Shown: positions 11,851 through 23,413 of the stretch, piece by piece
How the letters are laid out: the number at the start of each line of letters is the position of its first letter
Position numbering within the stretch: position 1 is the first letter of the stretch
DNA from: Mayamaea pseudoterrestris
Taxonomy: Eukaryota
Direction of reading: 5' to 3'
Assembly (NCBI GenBank): GCA_027923505.1
Contig: BROI01000001.1
Location: 1,922,001-1,986,000 of the forward strand
Length of the DNA: 64,000 bases
Translations under genes and position numbers: made by a program
The notes under the pieces: generated by a model
Told to the model about the DNA's origin: nothing
Databases searched by the model: none
The model's input: only the letters and a program-made list of their open reading frames with translations

Positions 11851-12223
11851 CTACCAGCAAGTAAAGGCAAAATGACAGTTTGATAATGCAGCTTTTGGTC
11901 AAGTTCTTCGCAAAAGGGGAGGTCATCGCCGATTGCCAACATCATCAAACGCGTTCACTTTCGTGGTTCCGCGACAAGATGAGTGCCGGTACGAGGGCCG
12001 CTACTTATTTCGACGAAGCAACTGAAATCGCCGCTAGGATGGATATGAATCCGTGTAATGGTAAAGTAAACTAAAGTATTTTACTGTATTGTATATGTAT
12101 GTTCTATATCTAGTGTGCGAGTGCACGCGACGGCGTGCTTCAAAGCTCTGACTGGCAGTGAATGGAGAGTGCTTTAATAAATCAATGACAAGTTGGACAG
12201 TGCAAGTAAACATGCCTTTCAGC

Positions 12224-13622
12224 TTATGGATCGCCAAGGGCAAGGTTCATGCCCTTGAGGTAGCTCCATCGGTTGAGGGAAGTTCCACCGGCACCGTTGC
12301 CGGCGCTGGTACGATTGGACGCAGCGACGGGAGCGGCGGAATCTGTAGTATTGCTGCGTTGATCTCCCGACGAGAGTGTTTCGTTACTCTTGCCTTTTGT
12401 AGTTGTTTCCCCGCCACCCGCATATGCCGCATTGTACTCTGTTACATTCATTGCATTGCTCAAGGGATAAGCCGACGCGGACCGATATTGCTCGTAGGCA
12501 GCCAGCATGCGCTCGATTTGCCCATCTGTGAACCGTCCCCGTTGACTCCAGCACGTTGGCGTTAAAAAGTTCATCATATTGTCAACAGGGTCGACGCCAC
12601 TGTCAACGCCGTCGGCATCCATGCACGTGTCAAGCACGTAGGCGGTCCAGCACGAGTCCGAGCCAATGTAGTCTTCCGTGGGCCCAAAGTGGGCAGGAGT
12701 ATCGGTAACTCCATCGCCGCTCATTGTGTAACCAAAGTTAGTCCAAGTACCCGGTTGACATCCGCCCTCTAAGCAATGGAGAGAAGCAGTCAGAGGGGTG
12801 TGATTAACATGATGGAGGTACTACCCATGAACGACTCTACAAAAGCTAGCACTCACCAAACGTGTGAAACAATCCAAGAAAATGACCCGTCTCATGCACC
12901 AGCGTCTGAAACGCCGAAATACCATCAACGACAGACGGATTAATCATGACAATGCCATCCTGATTCGTTCCCGCATTGTTTGGAAAGGACGACCATCCGT
13001 ACGATCCATACTCGCCAAAGTTTGACCACGGATCGCACAAGTAAACGTTCAGCACGTTGCGGCCCGGCACGCGGAGTGATTGCTTGAAGTTTTGTTCGTT
13101 TCCAGCGCTGCAGTCGTACCAGTCGGTGTTCTCCGTGTATGTGACTTGTGCGAGCGTAAAATTGAATGGCGTATTGGAAAAACCCTTTTGCAGAGCCGTC
13201 ATGTAGCCGCTTTGAATGTCACTTTGCGAAACGTATCCCTTGCTGGCGTCGTAAATGACGTGAACCGCCACCTTGATTGTATATTGAACGCTGGCGAGGT
13301 TTCGTCGGTTTGCTTCGTTCGCCTTTTTCCAGTCGCTGACGGCGACGCCCATGTTGATTTTAAGTTCGTCGGTCGGAGACTGGCTACCGCACAAGTATGA
13401 CGTAGATTTTGCTAAACTTCTTAATTGTTTTGTAACATGCAAATGAGAAGAGGCGGTATGGTTGCTATTGTTCGAGCCATAATCAAGCATGCGTCCATCG
13501 CCATGGCCGCCACTGTTTCCTCGCAACGCCGGTCGGTCATGGTGGCTGCTGCAACCCAATGCTGCGCTAGTCAGTAGTAACAGCAGAAAGCCCGGAGCTA
13601 CCGGTAGTATACATATTGTCAT
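12224..13622 (-). CDS. Secreted M43 (pappalysin/ulilysin-like) zinc metalloprotease; 2 exons
   Basis: Signal peptide, CG cysteine switch, HETGHFLGLFH zinc motif, DGVTDTP, NMMNF Met-turn, FTDGQIERM; intron 12769-12856. Confidence 0.9.
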
Positions 13623-13998
13623 GGTGAGAGCAATTTCTTTCCTCGTATAAACGAATGATTGTTGTAAATTTACACTCGTCAAAGCAATGAGGGAGAGGTC
13701 GGGAGGAGAATTGTTTGTGTGTGTGCGATTGTCGATGGTGGCAACAAGCGTGCCACAAGGGCGGTCGATGGAAGCGTTTCTCACGGTTACTTATGCACAC
13801 AATGACGTGTCGTCGAGGGTCACCAGCGAATGACGATTGTTCGACTGTCTGTTGACGGTTATGATTTGTTATGCCTTTTGCTTATTTAAGATAAACGAGC
13901 ACGTCAACACATGCAAATTGCGTAAGGGCTATTGTAAACGTGGACGCCATGACGGGCATGCGTTCCTACTCACTTACATCCTGAAAACGAACAATCAT

Positions 13999-14224
13999 TG
14001 AAGTACCTATCGTAGGATGATATGTAAATGGAAATTATGATGGTATTTTAAAAGACTGCAATTGAAGATTGCCTCCATGGCGAGCCATCGCTTTAAAAGA
14101 GCGAGGATCGCAGATGTCGCAACAGGATCGCCCATCTTCGCTAATACCCGACGGGCGTGTCCGTTGACTGTCCGGCTCGCCGTTGAGGACGGGCCGGTGC
14201 ATGTGAATCGTGTCAGATAGCACA
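13999..14224 (-). repeat. Gypsy 3' LTR (left copy), 226 bp
   Basis: Matches 17735-17960 by eye; TG...CA ends. Confidence 0.95.
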
Positions 14225-14370
14225 CTCTCCCACACTAAGAGCGACCATGAGGGTAGCTGGGGTAAAATGTCTTCCTTCTTGTTTGTAAAGTGGCAGCGGC
14301 CTTCCTGTCGCACAGGGTGCCGTAATTTAGCTCGATCTTGGTAGATTGAAGCAAGGGAGCTGCGCAAACC

Positions 14371-17300
14371 TTAGACGTCTTGCCGGTACGGCTTGATACG
14401 CCGAATATTAACTCGGTCAGTCACCATAGGCGAGAGGCGAATGGTAACCGTTCCATTAACGTGGACTTGTTCAATTGAATAAGGACCGATCCATCGTTCT
14501 TCGAGCTTGTTAGGGTCGTATACCTTTTTGAGGATCTGCTCGTCAACTTTAAAGTCATGAGTCAGTCTCGAACGATTCGCTTGGAGCAAACGTTCATTGA
14601 CAATCGCTTCTCGTTTAACAGAGATAGCTAGAATGTCGGCAACAAGCGGTATATCCAGAAACATGTCGCGTTGAAAGACGACGGCGCCGGGAGAAAGGTT
14701 ATCAAGAGCTCCACTTGATACAACTCGTGTTGCATGCATTGCTGTCGCGAGGCATTGATCGATTATATCGTCAGCTTCCATCAAATCCTCGGGCGGATGA
14801 GCGTGTACAAGTGTACGAAGCACGTTGCCAATAACGAGGTGACAGCGCTCGCAAATGCTGTTAGCAGTGGGCGTCTTGGCCGAAGCGGCATGCCATTCAA
14901 TCCCATTGTGTTCAAGGATGGTTCCAAATGCTCCTTTAAACTCACTGCCTTGGTCGGCAACGAGTCGCATTGGTCGAGGATAGCGAGAGAGCCAGTTGTC
15001 TTCAAAGAGACGGCCGATATGATACGCCGACTTGTCCTGATAGCGAACAATTTCGACAAGGTTAGTAACTGGGTCAATCATCGTTAACGCTCTGAAATAA
15101 CAGTCAATGCCGTTCACTGATACTTTCCATGGGCCGATGAGGTCAACGTGGACTTCATACCAAGGAGCGACGCGTACGTCTCTCGCTGGCAGCTCTCCAT
15201 ATTGGCGACTGCCTCCTTTGTTGCGTTGGCAAGTATCGCAGGCACCAACAAGATGCTCGACGCGCTGCTTGAGCTTAGGATGGTAAAAGTGCTGTTTGAT
15301 GCTCGTTGTGAGGCGAGTCATTCCAGCGTGGGCCATTGAAAGGTGGTACCAAAGAATCAAGCGATCGAGGATCGCACTGGGGATGCAGATTCGCCAGCGT
15401 TCGTCTGCTTGGAATACAACAATCTGAACGTCTCCAAGTTGTTTGTATTGTATGGTTGTCGCGTCTTGGTTTTGGACTGCGGCCATTAGCGTTGCATCTT
15501 CTTGTTGATACTCGGCAATGGTTGAATACGACAGGGGATATCGCCCTTGTTCGTCGAACTCCGGATGGAGGAGCAGGCACTCTGCAAGCTCTGGTTCGTC
15601 CCGTAGGAGACAGTAACCTTCATTAGCAATTGATAGCTCTTCAATTTGCCTTTCCCCATGGTCGTTTGTTGTTGATTCAATTGAATGTGCAAGAACGCCG
15701 CCATCGTGATGGCCATCGTTGACACCGTGTAAGTTGTCATCGTGATGGGTATGTCGCATGGGCACTGCAGCCTTTTGCGCTTCCGTTTGTCGGGCATCCT
15801 GTTGTTGCTTTAAAACATCAACAGGGCTCTCCCCCACTAGAGAGGTTTCCCTTGCCGTTGGAACCCTTGAAAGAGCATCTGCGACAGTATTAAGCTCCCC
15901 TTTGAGATAAAGGAACTCGGGACCGAATTCCTCCAAGTACAGACGCCATCGAAGGACGCGCTGCGTTTGAAAGGCGGTCAACTCGTGGGTGAGATTTTTA
16001 TGGTCCGTATGGATCTGCAAACGCGCTCCAAGCAGCATCGAACGAAACGTTTTGAGCGTTTCAACAATACTTAGCAATTCCTTCTCAATGGTGGTGTAAT
16101 TGACTTGGGCGCTGTTGAGTTTGCGCGAAAAGTAAGCGACCGGAATGCCGTCTTGAAGAATGACGGCCCCAAGTTGGTAATCCGAGGCATCCGTTTTAAT
16201 AACAAATGGCTTGTTGTGATCAGGGTAACGAAGAAGAACATCGCTTGCTGCAACCGCTTTCATTTCTTCGAACGCCTTTTGTTGAGGCGCGCCCCATTGA
16301 AAGGTCTTTTTGCCAACGAGATTCGTCAAAGGAGCAAGCATGTGCGACCGTCGCGACAAGACCAAGGAATGAGCGCAACTGTTTAATGTTGGTAGGAGGC
16401 TTCATATCCACAATTGCTTGGACCTTTTTGGGCCAGGGTTTGAGTCCTGTCGGCGTGAGCCAGTACCCAAGCCAGTCAGTCTCCTTGACGCCCCATTCGC
16501 ACTTGCTTGGATTGATTGTAAAGCCGCTATCCTCAAGTCGCTTTAAAACAGACTCCAATAGCTTTAAATGCTCTTGCCAAGTGTCGCTAAAGCAACCGAC
16601 GTCATCAAGGTACTTTTCAACGTCGCGCAATCCTTGTAAAACCTTCTCCATCACCTCTTGAGCAATATCGGGGGCTTGATTGACGCCCATTGGCAAACGC
16701 AAGTATCGAAACAAACCGAATGGCGTTGCAATTGTACAGAGCTCGCTGCTTTCCTTGTCCAACTGGAAGGTATAATACTGCATTGAAATATCAAGCTTTG
16801 TGAAGAACTTGTACCCGCTGCGCCTCGCCAGTAGCTCATGGATACGCGGCATCGGGAACGTGCGCCTTTTAATCACTTTATTCAACGCCCGAAAGTCAGA
16901 AACAAAGCGTACAGTCTTGTCCTTCTTTGGTATAATAAAGGTGGGCGCCGCCCATTCGCTGCGGCCGCAAGGCTCAAGTACACCGAGTTCGACGAGTCGA
17001 TCAAGCTCTTCCTTGAAGGTTTGCTCATGCACTCGAGGCACTGGATAATGTCTTTTATGGACTGGTTTAGCTTGTGGATCAATGTCAATGTGGACTAGCT
17101 TGTGTGGGTATTTGCCAAGCTTGCCTGAAAAGAGAGCGGGAAAGCGTCGTAAGAGACGTTTTAAATCGGTACGTTGCTCCTCATTTAAATGAGTTGATTG
17201 ATCGGCAACCTCATCTGTTGACACTTTGTTATACTTAGCTGATAAAATCTCCTCGCTTGTATGCAGGTCTGGTTCAGTATCAGAGAAAAGAACAAACCGC

Positions 17301-17734
17301 TCAATCAAAGAGTCTCTGATTTGCTTTGGCCGATTGCTCAAATCCTCCATCGTTACCATTGGAGTCGATTGATTACCCCAATTGATTTGCTTGTCTCCAA
17401 AGTCAATGGTCAATCCGAGCGCCGTTAAGACGTCTCGCCCCAGCAGCATGTCGTATCTGATATCCTGTTGGAAGACTCGCACGGGGAAGTTGCCGATCCT
17501 TTTTGAAGTGCTAAACTCGGGAAGGAACGACTCGGCAAAATCAATCTTGGTAGAGCTTTCCAGTTTGCCAACTGCAGTCTGTGATATTAAACGTGGTGCT
17601 TTGCACTGAGGCAATCCATGTGCCGCTCTTTGGCTAATCCAACTCGTCGAGGCTCCTGAATCGCAAAGGGCGGTAAGCGTGCGTTTACAGCGACTGCCAT
17701 TAGCTTTACCAACGACAATAAGTACAACAGGAAT
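14371..17734 (-). pseudogene. Duplicated Gypsy pol (PR, RT, RNase H, IN), 5'-truncated and frameshifted
   Basis: Copy of 18107-21470 with one visible SNP (16330 vs 20066); same frameshift after RSFLGLV. Confidence 0.9.
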
Positions 17735-17960
17735 TGAAGTACCTATCGTAGGATGATATGTAAATGGAAATTATGATGGTATTTTAAAAGACTGCAATTG
17801 AAGATTGCCTCCATGGCGAGCCATCGCTTTAAAAGAGCGAGGATCGCAGATGTCGCAACAGGATCGCCCATCTTCGCTAATACCCGACGGGCGTGTCCGT
17901 TGACTGTCCGGCTCGCCGTTGAGGACGGGCCGGTGCATGTGAATCGTGTCAGATAGCACA
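17735..17960 (-). repeat. Gypsy 3' LTR (middle copy), 226 bp
   Basis: Exactly 3736 bp from the left LTR; same sequence. Confidence 0.95.
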
Positions 17961-18106
17961 CTCTCCCACACTAAGAGCGACCATGAGGGTAGCTGGGGTA
18001 AAATGTCTTCCTTCTTGTTTGTAAAGTGGCAGCGGCCTTCCTGTCGCACAGGGTGCCGTAATTTAGCTCGATCTTGGTAGATTGAAGCAAGGGAGCTGCG
18101 CAAACC

Positions 18107-21100
18107 TTAGACGTCTTGCCGGTACGGCTTGATACGCCGAATATTAACTCGGTCAGTCACCATAGGCGAGAGGCGAATGGTAACCGTTCCATTAACGTGG
18201 ACTTGTTCAATTGAATAAGGACCGATCCATCGTTCTTCGAGCTTGTTAGGGTCGTATACCTTTTTGAGGATCTGCTCGTCAACTTTAAAGTCATGAGTCA
18301 GTCTCGAACGATTCGCTTGGAGCAAACGTTCATTGACAATCGCTTCTCGTTTAACAGAGATAGCTAGAATGTCGGCAACAAGCGGTATATCCAGAAACAT
18401 GTCGCGTTGAAAGACGACGGCGCCGGGAGAAAGGTTATCAAGAGCTCCACTTGATACAACTCGTGTTGCATGCATTGCTGTCGCGAGGCATTGATCGATT
18501 ATATCGTCAGCTTCCATCAAATCCTCGGGCGGATGAGCGTGTACAAGTGTACGAAGCACGTTGCCAATAACGAGGTGACAGCGCTCGCAAATGCTGTTAG
18601 CAGTGGGCGTCTTGGCCGAAGCGGCATGCCATTCAATCCCATTGTGTTCAAGGATGGTTCCAAATGCTCCTTTAAACTCACTGCCTTGGTCGGCAACGAG
18701 TCGCATTGGTCGAGGATAGCGAGAGAGCCAGTTGTCTTCAAAGAGACGGCCGATATGATACGCCGACTTGTCCTGATAGCGAACAATTTCGACAAGGTTA
18801 GTAACTGGGTCAATCATCGTTAACGCTCTGAAATAACAGTCAATGCCGTTCACTGATACTTTCCATGGGCCGATGAGGTCAACGTGGACTTCATACCAAG
18901 GAGCGACGCGTACGTCTCTCGCTGGCAGCTCTCCATATTGGCGACTGCCTCCTTTGTTGCGTTGGCAAGTATCGCAGGCACCAACAAGATGCTCGACGCG
19001 CTGCTTGAGCTTAGGATGGTAAAAGTGCTGTTTGATGCTCGTTGTGAGGCGAGTCATTCCAGCGTGGGCCATTGAAAGGTGGTACCAAAGAATCAAGCGA
19101 TCGAGGATCGCACTGGGGATGCAGATTCGCCAGCGTTCGTCTGCTTGGAATACAACAATCTGAACGTCTCCAAGTTGTTTGTATTGTATGGTTGTCGCGT
19201 CTTGGTTTTGGACTGCGGCCATTAGCGTTGCATCTTCTTGTTGATACTCGGCAATGGTTGAATACGACAGGGGATATCGCCCTTGTTCGTCGAACTCCGG
19301 ATGGAGGAGCAGGCACTCTGCAAGCTCTGGTTCGTCCCGTAGGAGACAGTAACCTTCATTAGCAATTGATAGCTCTTCAATTTGCCTTTCCCCATGGTCG
19401 TTTGTTGTTGATTCAATTGAATGTGCAAGAACGCCGCCATCGTGATGGCCATCGTTGACACCGTGTAAGTTGTCATCGTGATGGGTATGTCGCATGGGCA
19501 CTGCAGCCTTTTGCGCTTCCGTTTGTCGGGCATCCTGTTGTTGCTTTAAAACATCAACAGGGCTCTCCCCCACTAGAGAGGTTTCCCTTGCCGTTGGAAC
19601 CCTTGAAAGAGCATCTGCGACAGTATTAAGCTCCCCTTTGAGATAAAGGAACTCGGGACCGAATTCCTCCAAGTACAGACGCCATCGAAGGACGCGCTGC
19701 GTTTGAAAGGCGGTCAACTCGTGGGTGAGATTTTTATGGTCCGTATGGATCTGCAAACGCGCTCCAAGCAGCATCGAACGAAACGTTTTGAGCGTTTCAA
19801 CAATACTTAGCAATTCCTTCTCAATGGTGGTGTAATTGACTTGGGCGCTGTTGAGTTTGCGCGAAAAGTAAGCGACCGGAATGCCGTCTTGAAGAATGAC
19901 GGCCCCAAGTTGGTAATCCGAGGCATCCGTTTTAATAACAAATGGCTTGTTGTGATCAGGGTAACGAAGAAGAACATCGCTTGCTGCAACCGCTTTCATT
20001 TCTTCGAACGCCTTTTGTTGAGGCGCGCCCCATTGAAAGGTCTTTTTGCCAACGAGATTCGTCAACGGAGCAAGCATGTGCGACCGTCGCGACAAGACCA
20101 AGGAATGAGCGCAACTGTTTAATGTTGGTAGGAGGCTTCATATCCACAATTGCTTGGACCTTTTTGGGCCAGGGTTTGAGTCCTGTCGGCGTGAGCCAGT
20201 ACCCAAGCCAGTCAGTCTCCTTGACGCCCCATTCGCACTTGCTTGGATTGATTGTAAAGCCGCTATCCTCAAGTCGCTTTAAAACAGACTCCAATAGCTT
20301 TAAATGCTCTTGCCAAGTGTCGCTAAAGCAACCGACGTCATCAAGGTACTTTTCAACGTCGCGCAATCCTTGTAAAACCTTCTCCATCACCTCTTGAGCA
20401 ATATCGGGGGCTTGATTGACGCCCATTGGCAAACGCAAGTATCGAAACAAACCGAATGGCGTTGCAATTGTACAGAGCTCGCTGCTTTCCTTGTCCAACT
20501 GGAAGGTATAATACTGCATTGAAATATCAAGCTTTGTGAAGAACTTGTACCCGCTGCGCCTCGCCAGTAGCTCATGGATACGCGGCATCGGGAACGTGCG
20601 CCTTTTAATCACTTTATTCAACGCCCGAAAGTCAGAAACAAAGCGTACAGTCTTGTCCTTCTTTGGTATAATAAAGGTGGGCGCCGCCCATTCGCTGCGG
20701 CCGCAAGGCTCAAGTACACCGAGTTCGACGAGTCGATCAAGCTCTTCCTTGAAGGTTTGCTCATGCACTCGAGGCACTGGATAATGTCTTTTATGGACTG
20801 GTTTAGCTTGTGGATCAATGTCAATGTGGACTAGCTTGTGTGGGTATTTGCCAAGCTTGCCTGAAAAGAGAGCGGGAAAGCGTCGTAAGAGACGTTTTAA
20901 ATCGGTACGTTGCTCCTCATTTAAATGAGTTGATTGATCGGCAACCTCATCTGTTGACACTTTGTTATACTTAGCTGATAAAATCTCCTCGCTTGTATGC
21001 AGGTCTGGTTCAGTATCAGAGAAAAGAACAAACCGCTCAATCAAAGAGTCTCTGATTTGCTTTGGCCGATTGCTCAAATCCTCCATCGTTACCATTGGAG

Positions 21101-21569
21101 TCGATTGATTACCCCAATTGATTTGCTTGTCTCCAAAGTCAATGGTCAATCCGAGCGCCGTTAAGACGTCTCGCCCCAGCAGCATGTCGTATCTGATATC
21201 CTGTTGGAAGACTCGCACGGGGAAGTTGCCGATCCTTTTTGAAGTGCTAAACTCGGGAAGGAACGACTCGGCAAAATCAATCTTGGTAGAGCTTTCCAGT
21301 TTGCCAACTGCAGTCTGTGATATTAAACGTGGTGCTTTGCACTGAGGCAATCCATGTGCCGCTCTTTGGCTAATCCAACTCGTCGAGGCTCCTGAATCGC
21401 AAAGGGCGGTAAGCGTGCGTTTACAGCGACTGCCATTAGCTTTACCAACGACAATAAGTACAACAGGAATGTAATCCGTAACTTTGTCGCTAGTAGCTTG
21501 TTGATTAACTTCATCCGCTACAAGAGCGTCTTCAGTCGCACTGGCTGCCGCTGAGACCGCCGCCGTATC
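18107..21569 (-). pseudogene. Gypsy pol polyprotein with a frameshift between RT and RNase H
   Basis: PR LCDSGAS; RT YLDD; RNase H TDAS/EKELL/TDH; IN HxxxxH...CDTC, DLIGP, DQGSEF, CER, GPY; frame change near 20090. Confidence 0.9.
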
Positions 21570-22608
21570 TCATTCTTCAAAGACCGCTCCAATTGCTTGA
21601 TCCCAATCAACCTCCGACTTGCTCTCTTGCTCTGGCGCTGGTTCCTCTGTTGTAACATCCACTATCATGTGCTGGTCTTCATCAGCTTCTTGAGCAGCTC
21701 CGCCTCCATTGTTGCCGCCTCCATTGTTTTTCTTTTTCAATTTCGACTTGTCGAGTTTGAAACCCGGCTTGTAGCGCGGGCCCTTGGGGTTGCCGAAACA
21801 CTGCTCCCAAGTGTGGCCGTCGTGGTATTTGCACACGTTGGCATCGTTGTTTGCTTTATGCTTCTTTCTCGATCCATTCCCATGGTCGTTGTTGTTTTGG
21901 CCACCGCCGTTGCCACCGTTGCGACGCGAGCGTTTGCCGCTCCGACGGCTGCCGCCATTGTCGTTCGAGTCGACTGGAGTCCTGTTGCTTGCCTTTAAGT
22001 TGATCATATTATCCAACCATCTTGCAAACTGAATCAAAGAGAGGTCAGCCAAACGACTCGTTAAAGATTGTTCCTCGAACTTGCTTTGCAGCCAAGTAGG
22101 GACCATCGCGAGCAGGAGATTCGCGACGCTACCGCTGATCGGGCCCGCAGGGTAAACCGCCTCGCCTACGGATGACATAAGCCTCAACTGAACGCGATCA
22201 ATTGATTGGCGCAATGAGCCGTGCCGGACATCTCTTTTGTCGCAACTGACCACCGAAAGCTGGCGACGACAGCCGAGCGAAGGAGTCCAGCGCGATTGCG
22301 ATTCGTGTGGGCAGAACTGATTGATCCCAAGTATCACGAGGCGCTCCAAGGAGACAAAGGCGAAAGGATTCCTTGTGGACCCTCATGCGATGGGCTGCCT
22401 GTCCATCAAAGGCGAGCTGCTCCATTGCACCAATCACCTCCCCGATGACACGAAGGACTGTCACGACGTCTTCATCACTAGCAATCTGTATCTTGCGCTT
22501 GTGCTTGGATCCATCTTGCTTGGTGAACGTGAGATCTTGTTTCGGTAGCGACTCAAACTTGACGCGAGGCACCAAAGGGATCTTGACGTCGACTCCTCTA
22601 ATCAACAT
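21570..22608 (-). pseudogene. Gypsy gag, frameshifted around 22200-22350
   Basis: ATG 50 nt after the 5' LTR; C-terminal CKYHDGHTWEQC zinc-knuckle-like motif and basic/Gly-rich region; split over two ORFs. Confidence 0.8.
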
Positions 22609-22658
22609 GTTGTTTCGTTTCCGTTTTCGATAGACAGTTGTCTATTTTGAATTCAAAG

Positions 22659-22883
22659 TGAAGTACCTATCGTAGGATGATATGTAAATGGAAATTATGA
22701 TGGTATTTTAAAGACTGCAATTGAAGATTGCCTCCATGGCGAGCCATCGCTTTAAAAGAGCGAGGATCGCAGATGTCGCAACAGGATCGCCCATCTTCGC
22801 TAATACCCGACGGGCGTGTCCGTTGACTGTCCGGCTCGCCGTTGAGGCTGGGCCGGTGCATGTGAATCGTGTCAGATAGCACA
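22659..22883 (-). repeat. Gypsy 5' LTR, 225 bp
   Basis: Matches the other two LTRs apart from a 1-nt indel and a 2-nt substitution. Confidence 0.95.
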
Positions 22884-23413
22884 GACTTATCTACATAATA
22901 ATGCACTGCATTGCTATAGCAACCGATAGCAAATGCGCGCGTGGACTTTTAAAGCTGGCTCTACCTTATACTCGCTACTTCTGTAGCAAGTCGGTTGGCG
23001 AGCGGTTACAGTAGTTTTGGAACGCAAACTTTCGTACGTGAACCACGACTCAACGTGGCGCAAAAACTGCACGACTCTGCTCCACAATGTACTACAGAGC
23101 AACCATCTGCAAAATCGAGAAAAACAGAATGCGAACATTCTGTCTCGGTTCAAGTGTACCGAAAGCAGTAAGAACAGGAAATCTGTGCTCGATTCCAGAA
23201 ACGTCGATGGTGAAATGAGCAGGAAAAGCCGAGATGGGCTGGAGTGAAAGCGACCTTGTCGGTGTTAGCCTGGATGAGGCAATGCAAGCTGTGAACAATG
23301 TACATTGAATCATCCGAAGAGCATCGTCTGCATTGGCAGTTTCAAGAAGAACTATGCTAGCATCGGCAGCTGTAGCTATCCTGTGTCTGGATTGAACATT
23401 TGCACCTTCAGCC

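Larger units (their letters stand above)
13999..22883 (-). mobile_element. Ty3/Gypsy LTR retrotransposon with a tandem duplication of pol plus the 3' LTR (three LTRs)
   Basis: PR-RT-RH-IN order; TG...CA LTRs; polypurine tract GTGGGAGAG next to both 3' LTRs; no target-site duplication. Confidence 0.95.

Noticed and set aside
14007..14367. Small ORFs in and next to the Gypsy LTRs (possible extra or env-like ORF)
   Set aside because: Non-ATG starts, run into the LTR, no recognisable domain or TM pattern
17961..18106. SECIS element explaining the gag TGA as selenocysteine
   Set aside because: No AUGA/AA/GA kink-turn pattern visible in the 3' untranslated segment
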